Origin: a virus
Taxonomy: Duplodnaviria; Caudoviricetes
DNA length: 64,000 nucleotides
Reading direction: 5' to 3' (one strand)
IMG/VR virus record: IMGVR_UViG_3300044735_000130
Location: 6,176-70,175 of that record
A model generated the notes under the pieces. It was not told where the DNA came from and did no database searches. It worked only from the letters and a program-made list of their open reading frames with translations. The translations under genes were made by a program, and so were the position numbers. Shown piece after piece: positions 48,058 to 55,609 of the stretch (within the stretch, counting starts at the first letter, position 1; the number at the start of each line of letters is the position of its first letter).

Positions 48058-48813
48058 ATGGAATCCATTTCTTTGCCCAATTCTCAAACCGTACTCTGGG
48101 ACGCATCCGCTCGCGCAATGCAGGTTTCGGATTCTACGACCGCCTTTATTCCCGGATGGGGTATTGCGGATGCGATATGGAGGAATCAATTGCGGGCATA
48201 TCAGCAAGGCCTTAACCATACCCTTTTGAATAAGGAAACCCCATGCCATCCCGCGTTGAAAGGGAAGGAGCGGCCTTGGATTCAGGAATTCGTGCCGCGC
48301 TGGGAAAAGGCCAAAAAGTTGGCATTAATCACGGAAATGGAGCGGATTGAAAAGATGATCTTGGAGCGCGACATCCGTGAAATGACGCAAGGAGCTGGCT
48401 ATCCCGAGGTCACCGACGCGGACCTGGAAGCGATGTTCGACTTTCCGCGCCTGCGCAAGAAGGTGCGCTGGCACAACTTCAAGGCTCGGCTGCCTTTTAC
48501 GAAGGAGCAAGAGAGCGTGGTTTTGCGTCTTAAGAAGGACGCCATCGAGCGCGCGGGCGTTTCGATTCCCTACGGGGCCATGCTGCGGTACGAGGAAGCC
48601 AAGGAGATGGGATTTTTCACCCGGTTCGAGGTCGTCTATCCCAACGTGATTACCGAAACCGAGCTGGCTGCGGAGCGGCGCGCAAAGGATCCGGCTATCG
48701 TTGGGTACTTTAATGGCTCCATGTTCCTGATCTGCTCTTGGGATCTTCCGAAGGATATCGCCAAGGCGGAAGCCAAGATGGATGAACTGATGGCGCTGAA
48801 GCTGAAGGACTAA
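48058..48813 (+). CDS. Hypothetical protein
   Basis: 251 aa, AAGGAG RBS; C-terminal KDPAIVGY..L.CSWD. Confidence 0.7.
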   Translation: MESISLPNSQTVLWDASARAMQVSDSTTAFIPGWGIADAIWRNQLRAYQQGLNHTLLNKETPCHPALKGKERPWIQEFVPRWEKAKKLALITEMERIEKMILERDIREMTQGAGYPEVTDADLEAMFDFPRLRKKVRWHNFKARLPFTKEQESVVLRLKKDAIERAGVSIPYGAMLRYEEAKEMGFFTRFEVVYPNVITETELAAERRAKDPAIVGYFNGSMFLICSWDLPKDIAKAEAKMDELMALKLKD

Positions 48814-48925
48814 GCTGCCTATTCTCCCAGGGGCCCGATCTTCCCCGGTTAGCTCGCGCGCGGCGGGTGGGAGGAACCGCGCATCCTTATTATTATTGGA
48901 AACCCTTTAACCTAAAGGAGAGGTT

Positions 48926-49126
48926 ATGGCTTTTAAATTGATCACCCGCGAAGAAATGGCGCAGCAAGAAGACCGGGTTAGCTTTAATGTCGAATTGGTC
49001 GGCAAGGATGCAAGCGCCTTTAAAAAGGCTTTGGAAGCGGCGGAAGGCAAGGTAAGCCAGAAAGATGCCGCGGTTCAAATGGTGCGCTATTGCCTTAAGG
49101 ATGCGGGCTTGCTTAAAGGGGAGTAG
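48926..49126 (+). CDS. Small DNA-binding-like protein
   Basis: AAGGAGAGG RBS; strand-helix-helix pattern. Confidence 0.5.
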   Translation: MAFKLITREEMAQQEDRVSFNVELVGKDASAFKKALEAAEGKVSQKDAAVQMVRYCLKDAGLLKGE

Positions 49127-49134
49127 GGTAGGGG

Positions 49135-49644
49135 ATGGGTCTTTCCATACCTGAATGGCTCCAAGAAAGTTCCAGAACCGATCCGCGATCGTTTGGAGGG
49201 CTGGAGGCTGGCCCTTTTATTTTCAATGATGGGGACTGGTATCTTTTTTCGGCGCTTCAAATCTGCGATAGTCCGTATGACGGCGACGCCTTTCCATTAT
49301 TGCAGTCCATTCGTACCGTGCGCCTCCTTGGTGTTGTCCGGTCGAAGTCGCTAGACCGGGCCCGGCAGGCGGCGCATGCGCGGTTTTATGGCGTGAATGA
49401 CATTTACGTTACGTGCGCCTTTAAGCCCCAGGTCAGTCGGTGGCGTTTAAAGAACCTGACTAAAACCCTGTACCGTGCGCCTTACAAGCTTAATCGGGCC
49501 ATGTGTCGGCGGTGTAGGGACGTAATCGAATCCTTCTACAGGCATGACTTCAAGACCTGCCGATGCGGGTCAATTGGGGTGGATGGTGGCTACGAATATC
49601 CGCGGCGATTGGGCGACCCAAAGAATATCGAAGAAATGCCGTAA
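49135..49644 (+). CDS. Hypothetical protein with C-terminal Cys4 domain
   Basis: NRAMCRRCRDVIES..RHDFKTCRCGSIGVDGG..Y.RR. Confidence 0.65.
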   Translation: MGLSIPEWLQESSRTDPRSFGGLEAGPFIFNDGDWYLFSALQICDSPYDGDAFPLLQSIRTVRLLGVVRSKSLDRARQAAHARFYGVNDIYVTCAFKPQVSRWRLKNLTKTLYRAPYKLNRAMCRRCRDVIESFYRHDFKTCRCGSIGVDGGYEYPRRLGDPKNIEEMP

Positions 49645-49719
49645 GTCCTTGAGCCAAAAGGACTTGTACGCATAAGCGTCATTATGTAAACATGCGCGTT
49701 ACCGTAACGCGGAGGTTAC

Positions 49720-49944
49720 TTGGACAAGAAAAGCAAGCGCGTTTTCTTTACATTCGATGATAGGTCCTGGTCCATGCTCGAAAATCTTCGGAAGAAGCTG
49801 CGCTTTAAGAAGCCCGGCGAAGCTATAGGTCGAGCGCTCAAGATAGCTGACGCCCTTCAAAGTCAAGCGGATCAAGGGTTTATTGAAATAGCTGTACGCG
49901 ATCCTAAGACGGGGCGGGAGCGAGTGCTCGTATATCCTGAATGA
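49720..49944 (+). CDS. CopG/RHH-like regulator
   Basis: KRVFFTFD...LE.LR.......EAIGRAL; inverted repeat over the RBS. Confidence 0.6.
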   Translation: MDKKSKRVFFTFDDRSWSMLENLRKKLRFKKPGEAIGRALKIADALQSQADQGFIEIAVRDPKTGRERVLVYPE

Positions 49945-50123
49945 TTACGGCTTGAAATGCGCAGTGGTCGGCTAGGCGTTTCAGCCGCTCCACCTCGTTC
50001 CGAAGTTCCGCCAGACAAATAGGACATCCCCAAGCGTTCGGGGATTCGCCGTGGAGGGCACACGAGTGCGGACCTAAAGTATGACTCATGGAAAAACCGT
50101 GCCTATTGGGCAGCTGATAGGAC

Positions 50124-50366
50124 CTAGTCAGGCCAGTCCAGGTTTTCGAATTCGCCGGGGTTTTGCTTAAGGTGATCCCAATGCATTTGGCGGCCAATGG
50201 ACAGCGAGCGGCGGCGGCCGTCTACGACGCGCATTAGCCTAGAGACGCGCGTAAGGATGCGGCGGCGGGCAGTTTCGCTTTTGCTCTTAGCGAATCGGTT
50301 AAGGGCAACATGGAACCAAGTCGGAATTCCGTATGGCCCTATTTGATCGGGGTAGTGTTTAAGCAT
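50124..50366 (-). CDS. Hypothetical basic protein
   Basis: Within the coupled minus-strand operon. Confidence 0.45.
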   Translation of the reverse strand: MLKHYPDQIGPYGIPTWFHVALNRFAKSKSETARRRILTRVSRLMRVVDGRRRSLSIGRQMHWDHLKQNPGEFENLDWPD

Positions 50367-50586
50367 GGGGATCCTTTGGAAGCGTCCAGCGCGTAAAGCG
50401 GCGATCGCGGGGCTTTGCTGCTTTGCGTGGAATACGGTAGTCCCGCCCCTCTAGCCGCGCGCCTTCGATAAGCCCCTGTTCGCAATATTGGGTGGCTCTG
50501 CGCCGGGAAATGCCATGTAGGGCGGCCCATTCGGCCGTCCCAATGGTATCAAGGAGGTCAGCGGGACTCAATGCCATAGCGATCAT
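50359..50586 (-). CDS. Excisionase-like HTH protein
   Basis: IGTAEWAALHGISRRRATQYCEQGLIEGA...RDYRIP. Confidence 0.75.
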   Translation of the reverse strand: MIAMALSPADLLDTIGTAEWAALHGISRRRATQYCEQGLIEGARLEGRDYRIPRKAAKPRDRRFTRWTLPKDPHA

Positions 50587-50798
50587 TATACCTTTCCCGC
50601 CCCCTTTTCTGTCCGATATTTTCGTTCTAGCTGGAAGAGGGTTAGGCGTAAGCTTTCGTTCATGAAATGCGCGCTTTTGATGGCCTGGATTAGCTTTTCC
50701 GGAGGGTCGGGCGGGAGCGTTTTTTCCAAGGATCGAAGGCGGGATTTGATGGTGTTGACGTCGCCGAAAATGGCTTGGATTTGTTCTATGGGCGTCAT
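50586..50798 (-). CDS. Hypothetical coiled-coil protein
   Basis: Overlapping start/stop codons. Confidence 0.5.
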   Translation of the reverse strand: MTPIEQIQAIFGDVNTIKSRLRSLEKTLPPDPPEKLIQAIKSAHFMNESLRLTLFQLERKYRTEKGAGKV

Positions 50799-51022
50799 TC
50801 GGCGTCGTCCTCTCCTTCGTCAATCCCGAATCCTGCGCTTAAGGAGCCGCCTAAGATCTCGGCGGCTGGAATGGGATCGCTATTCTGGAATATGGGCGGC
50901 GGTTGAGGCGATTGAAGGCTTTCCGGATACCATGTTTCGCCAATAAATCGAAGGTTTCGCCACGCATCATAAGCGTTTATTCCTTTGGCCGGGATAGGAA
51001 TCCAAAAGGTGTAATTATTCAT
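50795..51022 (-). CDS. Hypothetical protein
   Basis: ATGA coupling. Confidence 0.45.
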   Translation of the reverse strand: MNNYTFWIPIPAKGINAYDAWRNLRFIGETWYPESLQSPQPPPIFQNSDPIPAAEILGGSLSAGFGIDEGEDDAE

Positions 51023-51672
51023 GTGTTAAAGATCTCCCGGATTTTAAAGATGAGGTTTTGGGCTTGTTCATGGGTGAGGTCGTCAATCGTGATCTTATTA
51101 TACCGGCCGGTGCTGATATCGATTTCGGCGCGGACGCGGTTGGCGTTGTTGGGATCCCGCGGAAGAATGGGCAGGTTGCAACGGCGGTTCTCGACGTATC
51201 GCCGCAGGTCGTCCGGCTTGATCTGCGCTTCGCATATGCGGGCGTAATGCTCCAGTAAGGCCCGATAATCCCTGTCCGCGTTTTCCGCCGCCACCTTTTT
51301 ATCGAGGTGGTGAGCGTATCGTTCCAAGGCTGCCGGCAAGATGCGCTTGGCCAGGCTTTTAGCCGCATCGGTTACGTTTCGGTCGCCATCAACACTAAAG
51401 TTTAAGGCTGGGCCCCCGGAAAAGTCATATCCGGGAGTGCAGTAAGAGGCCGTGATTTTCCGATAGGGGTAATGGCACGAAACCGAAACCCGTGTTCCGT
51501 TGACATGGGTGAGGTAATTGCGATCGTAATCCGCTTGAAGGGAGTATTTCCAATCCGGATTATCCTTGGCCATTTGTTTCGCGATCAGGGTCGCTCTTAG
51601 TTTCCGTTCTTTTTGCTGTCGCTCTTTCTTCTCGCGTTCTAGCCTGCGCTGGTCTTCATAGCTTCCGATCAT
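51019..51672 (-). CDS. Hypothetical early protein
   Basis: Start after AGGAGCAAAGACC (MIGSYEDQRR...). Confidence 0.7.
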   Translation of the reverse strand: MIGSYEDQRRLEREKKERQQKERKLRATLIAKQMAKDNPDWKYSLQADYDRNYLTHVNGTRVSVSCHYPYRKITASYCTPGYDFSGGPALNFSVDGDRNVTDAAKSLAKRILPAALERYAHHLDKKVAAENADRDYRALLEHYARICEAQIKPDDLRRYVENRRCNLPILPRDPNNANRVRAEIDISTGRYNKITIDDLTHEQAQNLIFKIREIFNT

Positions 51673-51784
51673 GGTCTTTGCTCCTAACTGGATTCCCGCC
51701 AGATATGCCCCATCCTTGCAGGGGCCGGGCCTGGGAATCATTCCCCAGGTGCCGCGCCTAAACCGGGCGCGTTCGGCAACTGAT

Positions 51785-51976
51785 TTAGATCCTTTCCATA
51801 TCCAAGCGTTTATTGAATTCCGCAAGGGCGCAATCCGCTATCTCCGCGCATTCTTTGGCCATGGCTTCGGGGGTTTGGCGATTATCCCCATTAGCCATAA
51901 TCGCCGCTTGCATAAACCGTTTCCATTCCATTGCATTTTGGGAGTGAGGGTGGAATTTCGGCATTTCTTGGGCCAT
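51785..51976 (-). CDS. Hypothetical early protein
   Basis: AAAGGA RBS; FMQAAIMANG...A.ECAEIADCALAE. Confidence 0.55.
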   Translation of the reverse strand: MAQEMPKFHPHSQNAMEWKRFMQAAIMANGDNRQTPEAMAKECAEIADCALAEFNKRLDMERI

Positions 51977-51981
51977 AATTA

Positions 51982-52341
51982 TTATCCTTTCGCTTTGGCT
52001 ATAAGTTGGTCGAATCTGTCCAAGATCTTTTTCGATCGATATAACCATGTGACTTCTGTTTTGAGGATGCGTGTAGCTTCCTCCAAGGCGTGTACCAAGT
52101 CGGGAGTCAGAGCAATTAGTTGCATGTTGGCGCGGTCCATTGCTTCCGGATTGTTGGCGAAACCTTGGCAAATCGAATACAGGCCGGCAGGGTTATCTAT
52201 GTCAGTATAAACCGATCTACCGCTTGGATGGGCTTTCCATGGGCCGGGTGTATGCTGGGTTGCGATCCGATCATATAGTTCCGCGGATGCCTCCAAGTCT
52301 TCGGGATCGATTTCATCGGCTTCGGGGTTGTAATTTGGCAT
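51982..52341 (-). CDS. HTPGPW...ANxxLIA family early protein
   Basis: HTPGPWK...ANMQLIALTPDLVHAL. Confidence 0.65.
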   Translation of the reverse strand: MPNYNPEADEIDPEDLEASAELYDRIATQHTPGPWKAHPSGRSVYTDIDNPAGLYSICQGFANNPEAMDRANMQLIALTPDLVHALEEATRILKTEVTWLYRSKKILDRFDQLIAKAKG

Positions 52342-52343
52342 GG

Positions 52344-52763
52344 TTATTTTCCCTGCGCTTTGGCGACGGTTTTCTGTGATTGGCGGAGGGCGCGGAGGGC
52401 CAGCGCGCGCTGATCTCGATGGATCCAGGGGTAATCATAGCCCGGATGATCATTAAACCCGGCCTGTCCGCGTTCGGGTGATGCGCATCCCTCTAGGATG
52501 TTAGAGAGCGCATCATGTAGGGCTTGGCAGGTTTTGAGCAAATTAGGGGCAGCGGCAATTAGACGCATGTTCGCCTTATCTTCATCATTACCCGTGATGA
52601 CTTCGGCGATCAGTTTTAGGCCCGTAGCGGCCTTTCTAGACCATATGCGGGCAAAGTGCCCCATGGGTTCCGCTTCCCAGGGTTCTTGCGTGTGCTTGGA
52701 AAGCTGCTTAATGAATTGGCGCTTTCCAGCCTTGGTGGTGATGGGGTAATCTTTCGTCATCAA
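52344..52763 (-). CDS. HTPGPW...ANxxLIA family early protein
   Basis: HTQEPWE...ANMRLIAAAPNLLKTC. Confidence 0.65.
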   Translation of the reverse strand: MMTKDYPITTKAGKRQFIKQLSKHTQEPWEAEPMGHFARIWSRKAATGLKLIAEVITGNDEDKANMRLIAAAPNLLKTCQALHDALSNILEGCASPERGQAGFNDHPGYDYPWIHRDQRALALRALRQSQKTVAKAQGK

Positions 52764-52954
52764 AGTTCTCCGGTTTCCATGGGATCATTAGCGGGGACGG
52801 CATCTAAGACCGTCATTTTTCCGATTCCGGTTTCTTGGTCGGCGCGTGGTATTCCGTTGGCGTACGCTTTTGCTTCCGCCTCGGCTGCATCTTTGGCTTC
52901 GATTTTCATTTCGCCAAAGGTTTCCCATTTGACTTTCACAATATATTCGGGCAT
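52760..52954 (-). CDS. Small hypothetical protein
   Basis: YIVKV..T...KIEAKDAAEAEAKA; AGAAAGGAAC RBS. Confidence 0.6.
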   Translation of the reverse strand: MPEYIVKVKWETFGEMKIEAKDAAEAEAKAYANGIPRADQETGIGKMTVLDAVPANDPMETGEL

Positions 52955-52969
52955 CTAGCGTTCCTTTCT

Positions 52970-53020
52970 GCCGTCTTAGTCAATCCAGGCCCGCGACGGG
53001 GACGCGCGGCTAGTGGGCCC
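52970..53020 (-). ncRNA. Minimal HDV-like (theta-like) self-cleaving ribozyme
   Basis: P1 GGGCCC/GGGCCU with G.U at +1; P2 GCCG/CGGC; P3 GCG/CGC; L3 UCCCCGU; GG after P1; J4/2 ACUAA; no real P4. Confidence 0.8.
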
Positions 53021-53048
53021 ATATAAGCGGGCGCAAGGCCCGCGCGGG

Positions 53049-53276
53049 TTAGGTTTCTCGCTGTATTCCGTGGATGGTTGCGCGATCTAATCCTCCGCAT
53101 TGGCAGGATTTGATCCCGCAAAAATGCCGGGCCGCCCGTTTTTGTTGGGAGGGTGTGAGCATATGTGGCCATCCAAGGCTATAGCGGCCCGGTTCGATCC
53201 AGAATAGGATCAGGGGTCTCTTATGGAATCCTCCTTGCGCGGTGATCTTGATGCGGTGTGCGAGTTGCTTGCTCAT
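53049..53276 (-). CDS. Hypothetical early protein
   Basis: LTPSQQKRA.RHFCG..SCQCG. Confidence 0.6.
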   Translation of the reverse strand: MSKQLAHRIKITAQGGFHKRPLILFWIEPGRYSLGWPHMLTPSQQKRAARHFCGIKSCQCGGLDRATIHGIQRET

Positions 53277-53279
53277 GGA

Positions 53280-53366
53280 TTAGGCTTCCTGTTTTAGCGC
53301 CAACCAATAGGCGGCGGGAAAGATGGAAAGGGACAAAGCGAAGTGAATCGGGATTGCGTAGGCCAT
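53280..53366 (-). CDS. 28-aa hydrophobic peptide
   Basis: TAATG overlap; MAYAIPIHFALSLSIFPAAYWLALKQEA. Confidence 0.45.
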   Translation of the reverse strand: MAYAIPIHFALSLSIFPAAYWLALKQEA

Positions 53367-53620
53367 TACATTCCCTCGGGGAGATAGTCTTCCAGCTTGT
53401 AGCGCTGGACCATAGACGGGACAGCCGCATCGGTTTCCGTCGTCCCGTAGACAGTCTTTTTAGGCTTCGGGAGCGGCACGGCCTCTAGGCCTTCGTGCGC
53501 GCTGAACTTGAGGAAGTCCGATCCCCGGTGGATGGCGTGGCCGCGCTTCTTGGCTTCCGCAATGAGGCGATCCAGGGTTGCGGGTTCGTGCTCGGTGAAT
53601 ACAACGATTTGAGGCTTCAT
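53366..53620 (-). CDS. Hypothetical early protein
   Basis: AGGAGCAAAGACT RBS. Confidence 0.65.
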   Translation of the reverse strand: MKPQIVVFTEHEPATLDRLIAEAKKRGHAIHRGSDFLKFSAHEGLEAVPLPKPKKTVYGTTETDAAVPSMVQRYKLEDYLPEGM

Positions 53621-53644
53621 AGTCTTTGCTCCTTGGGTTGTCTT

Positions 53645-53698
53645 GCCCGACGCGGTTTCCCGCGTTTCGGCCGGGCGTGGCCGGCCATCGTCAGGGGC
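53645..53698 (-). ncRNA. Type I hammerhead ribozyme (copy 1)
   Basis: GCCC-CUGACGA-U-GGCCGG(CCACGC)CCGGCC-GAAAC-GCGG(GAAA)CCGC-GUC-GGGC. Confidence 0.9.
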
Positions 53699-54021
53699 TA
53701 AAGCTTAAGCGCCTTCCTTTTTTTGGTCGGGCAGTCCAGGACATCGGGGAATTTCACAATCGAATCCCCTTCGGCCTTGACATAGACCATTCGCCCCGGG
53801 TCCATCGCCGCATGCTTGCGCGATTTCAGGAAGGCGGCGAACTCGGGCCCATCTTCGTTCCCGAGGATGAAAAGGGATAGGCGATGCGTTTTCCCGGCCT
53901 GGTCGGTCACGTGGACGTATTGCGCCGAATCCGAGGTCGGCCGCGCTTCCCGACAAACCGAGGACGCATGGGCGATCGGGCTGAGGATGGCCAGGGACAG
54001 GAAAATAAGCTTGGTTTTCAT
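53698..54021 (-). CDS. Secreted/periplasmic hypothetical protein
   Basis: Signal peptide MKTKLIFLSLAILSPIAHA-S; two Cys. Confidence 0.65.
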   Translation of the reverse strand: MKTKLIFLSLAILSPIAHASSVCREARPTSDSAQYVHVTDQAGKTHRLSLFILGNEDGPEFAAFLKSRKHAAMDPGRMVYVKAEGDSIVKFPDVLDCPTKKRKALKL

Positions 54022-54037
54022 GGTCTTTGCTCCTTTT

Positions 54038-54089
54038 TCTCCCTCTGCATTTCTCCGGGCTTGGGACCGGCCTAGGCTGCATTAAGAGG
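54038..54089 (-). ncRNA. Twister ribozyme, type P1
   Basis: UCU-U^AA-UGCA-GCCUAGGC-CGGUCCCAAGCCCGG-AGAAA-UGCA-GAGGG-AGA. Confidence 0.9.
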
Positions 54090-54109
54090 CCCCTAAAAGG
54101 GGCTTGGGG

Positions 54110-54430
54110 CTAGACTTCGCTTCTAGCTCGGCTAATTGCCGCCTGGGCTTCTATGGCCCAATGCTTGGCCGTATCGGCGCGGTGTTGGCCTTGGCTTCGT
54201 AGCCAATCGGCGCAAGTGGTAAGGGCGCGCTCGGCCGCTTCCAGGGCTGCAAGAGTGGCCGGGGCTTCGGCGATCAAACGGGCGTTATATTCGTCTTCAT
54301 CCGTCCAAGCGGGCAATTTTCCCATGTGGGCCCGGCGTGGACCGTGCAGGGTGAAAAACTTATCCCCGCCCGTTCCATCTTGGAAGGCGTGATACTTGGT
54401 GTGCCAGGGTGCGGGTGTATGCGTTGCCAC
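54110..54430 (-). CDS. HTPGPW...NARLIA family early protein
   Basis: GTG start after AGGAGCAAAGACC; HTPAPW...NARLIAEAPATLAALE. Confidence 0.7.
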   Translation of the reverse strand: MATHTPAPWHTKYHAFQDGTGGDKFFTLHGPRRAHMGKLPAWTDEDEYNARLIAEAPATLAALEAAERALTTCADWLRSQGQHRADTAKHWAIEAQAAISRARSEV

Positions 54431-54451
54431 GGTCTTTGCTCCTTTGTTCTT

Positions 54452-54505
54452 GCCCGACCCGGAATCCCGGGTTTCGGCCCCGCGCTGGGGGCCATCATCA
54501 GGGGC
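54452..54505 (-). ncRNA. Type I hammerhead ribozyme (copy 2)
   Basis: GCCC-CUGAUGA-U-GGCCCC(CAGCGC)GGGGCC-GAAAC-CCGG(GAUU)CCGG-GUC-GGGC. Confidence 0.9.
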
Positions 54506-54508
54506 GAA

Positions 54509-55609
54509 TTACTGGCCGATGCCAATATCCCAGATCGAAACCGGCTGCGGCGCATAGGTGGCGAGCTGCGCGGCCTGGGAGGTTTCCACGGCCCGGAGGA
54601 TGCGGGAAATGTCGTCCTCCATGTCCATCACCTCTACCAAGGTCTGAAGCGCGCGGCCGTTCTTCTCCGCAATGGAGCCGAATAAGACCGCCTTTGCTCG
54701 CCCCTCTTCCTTGCTGATCGTCTCGTCGTGCAGGCGGACGGCTCCCGAGTGGCAAAAGTGTTTGGTTGCGGCATTGTAGGCGTTCCAAGCGGTCGCCGGG
54801 TCAATGCGGCCGCCATCGGCATCCCGCCACAAACGCGCGACGGAATCGGCTTGCTCCTTGGCGTTCTTGGCCCCCTGGGACTCGGTCTTCCCTTCCGCGG
54901 GAAAGAGGCGGAAGAGGTATTCCCGCATATGGTCCTCGGTCACGCGCTTCCGGGCCAGGGCTTGGAAAACGCGCTCGGTCTTGACCAAGCGATCCCCGAT
55001 GATGTGATACGCCCGCTTTGCGGCCCGAAGGCGGTCTTCCGCGCTCTTGGTGTGCGAAATGGCGAATCCATCGTCGGAGCCGTTCAGGGCCCGGGTAAGC
55101 GTGTTGGCGCATACAATGCGGGTGGGGGTCGTAAAATACTTCATGCGGCCGGATCCATCGTGGGCGTTCGCCCAGGTGATCCGCCGTTTTACAACGTCCT
55201 TAAATCCTCCGCGGCCCGTGTCGCCGATGACCATTTCCCCCAGGTCAATCTGAGCCACAGCCACGCGTCCGCCGTCAAAGGTCATTCCACGGGCCATGAC
55301 CATGCCCCCCGCTTCGCCCGCAAAGGCGGACAGGATTTCTACGGCTTCGTCATTCTGGATGGTCGTAAAACGGCTGGACAAGCCCGATCCCAGGATTTCG
55401 CGGGTGTCTTCGCGGTAGACGTCATAAAAGTGCGTGGGCTGGCCGTTAAGGGCGTTCTTATGGTTCACAGTCAAGACCTTGTAATCGAGGCCGTGATCCC
55501 GCATCCACGCGCGGATCCCCTCTTGGGTGTTCAAGGTCTGGCGCTCTTCCTGGCCGAAGTACTTTTCCGTGTCTAAATCAAGGCCGAAAGCGAGGTTACG
55601 GGCGATCAT
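54509..55609 (-). CDS. DUF932 family phage/plasmid protein
   Basis: LDYKV..YREDT..ILG..S.RFT.IQN; FDGGR.A..Q; WANAHDGSG..F.TPTRIVCANTL..AL; AWNAYNA. Confidence 0.88.
   Translation of the reverse strand: MIARNLAFGLDLDTEKYFGQEERQTLNTQEGIRAWMRDHGLDYKVLTVNHKNALNGQPTHFYDVYREDTREILGSGLSSRFTTIQNDEAVEILSAFAGEAGGMVMARGMTFDGGRVAVAQIDLGEMVIGDTGRGGFKDVVKRRITWANAHDGSGRMKYFTTPTRIVCANTLTRALNGSDDGFAISHTKSAEDRLRAAKRAYHIIGDRLVKTERVFQALARKRVTEDHMREYLFRLFPAEGKTESQGAKNAKEQADSVARLWRDADGGRIDPATAWNAYNAATKHFCHSGAVRLHDETISKEEGRAKAVLFGSIAEKNGRALQTLVEVMDMEDDISRILRAVETSQAAQLATYAPQPVSIWDIGIGQ

Noticed and set aside
48814-48925. Ribozyme in a plus-strand intergenic region
   Set aside because: CUCCCA/UGGGAG pairing is present but no catalytic core of a known class
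50359-50586. Integration/excision module
   Set aside because: Excisionase-like HTH is present but no tyrosine or serine recombinase in the window
51686-51784. Twister-sister or hatchet assignment
   Set aside because: Only fragments (UGCAAG loop, GGGGCAUAU) resemble those classes; the required conserved loops are missing
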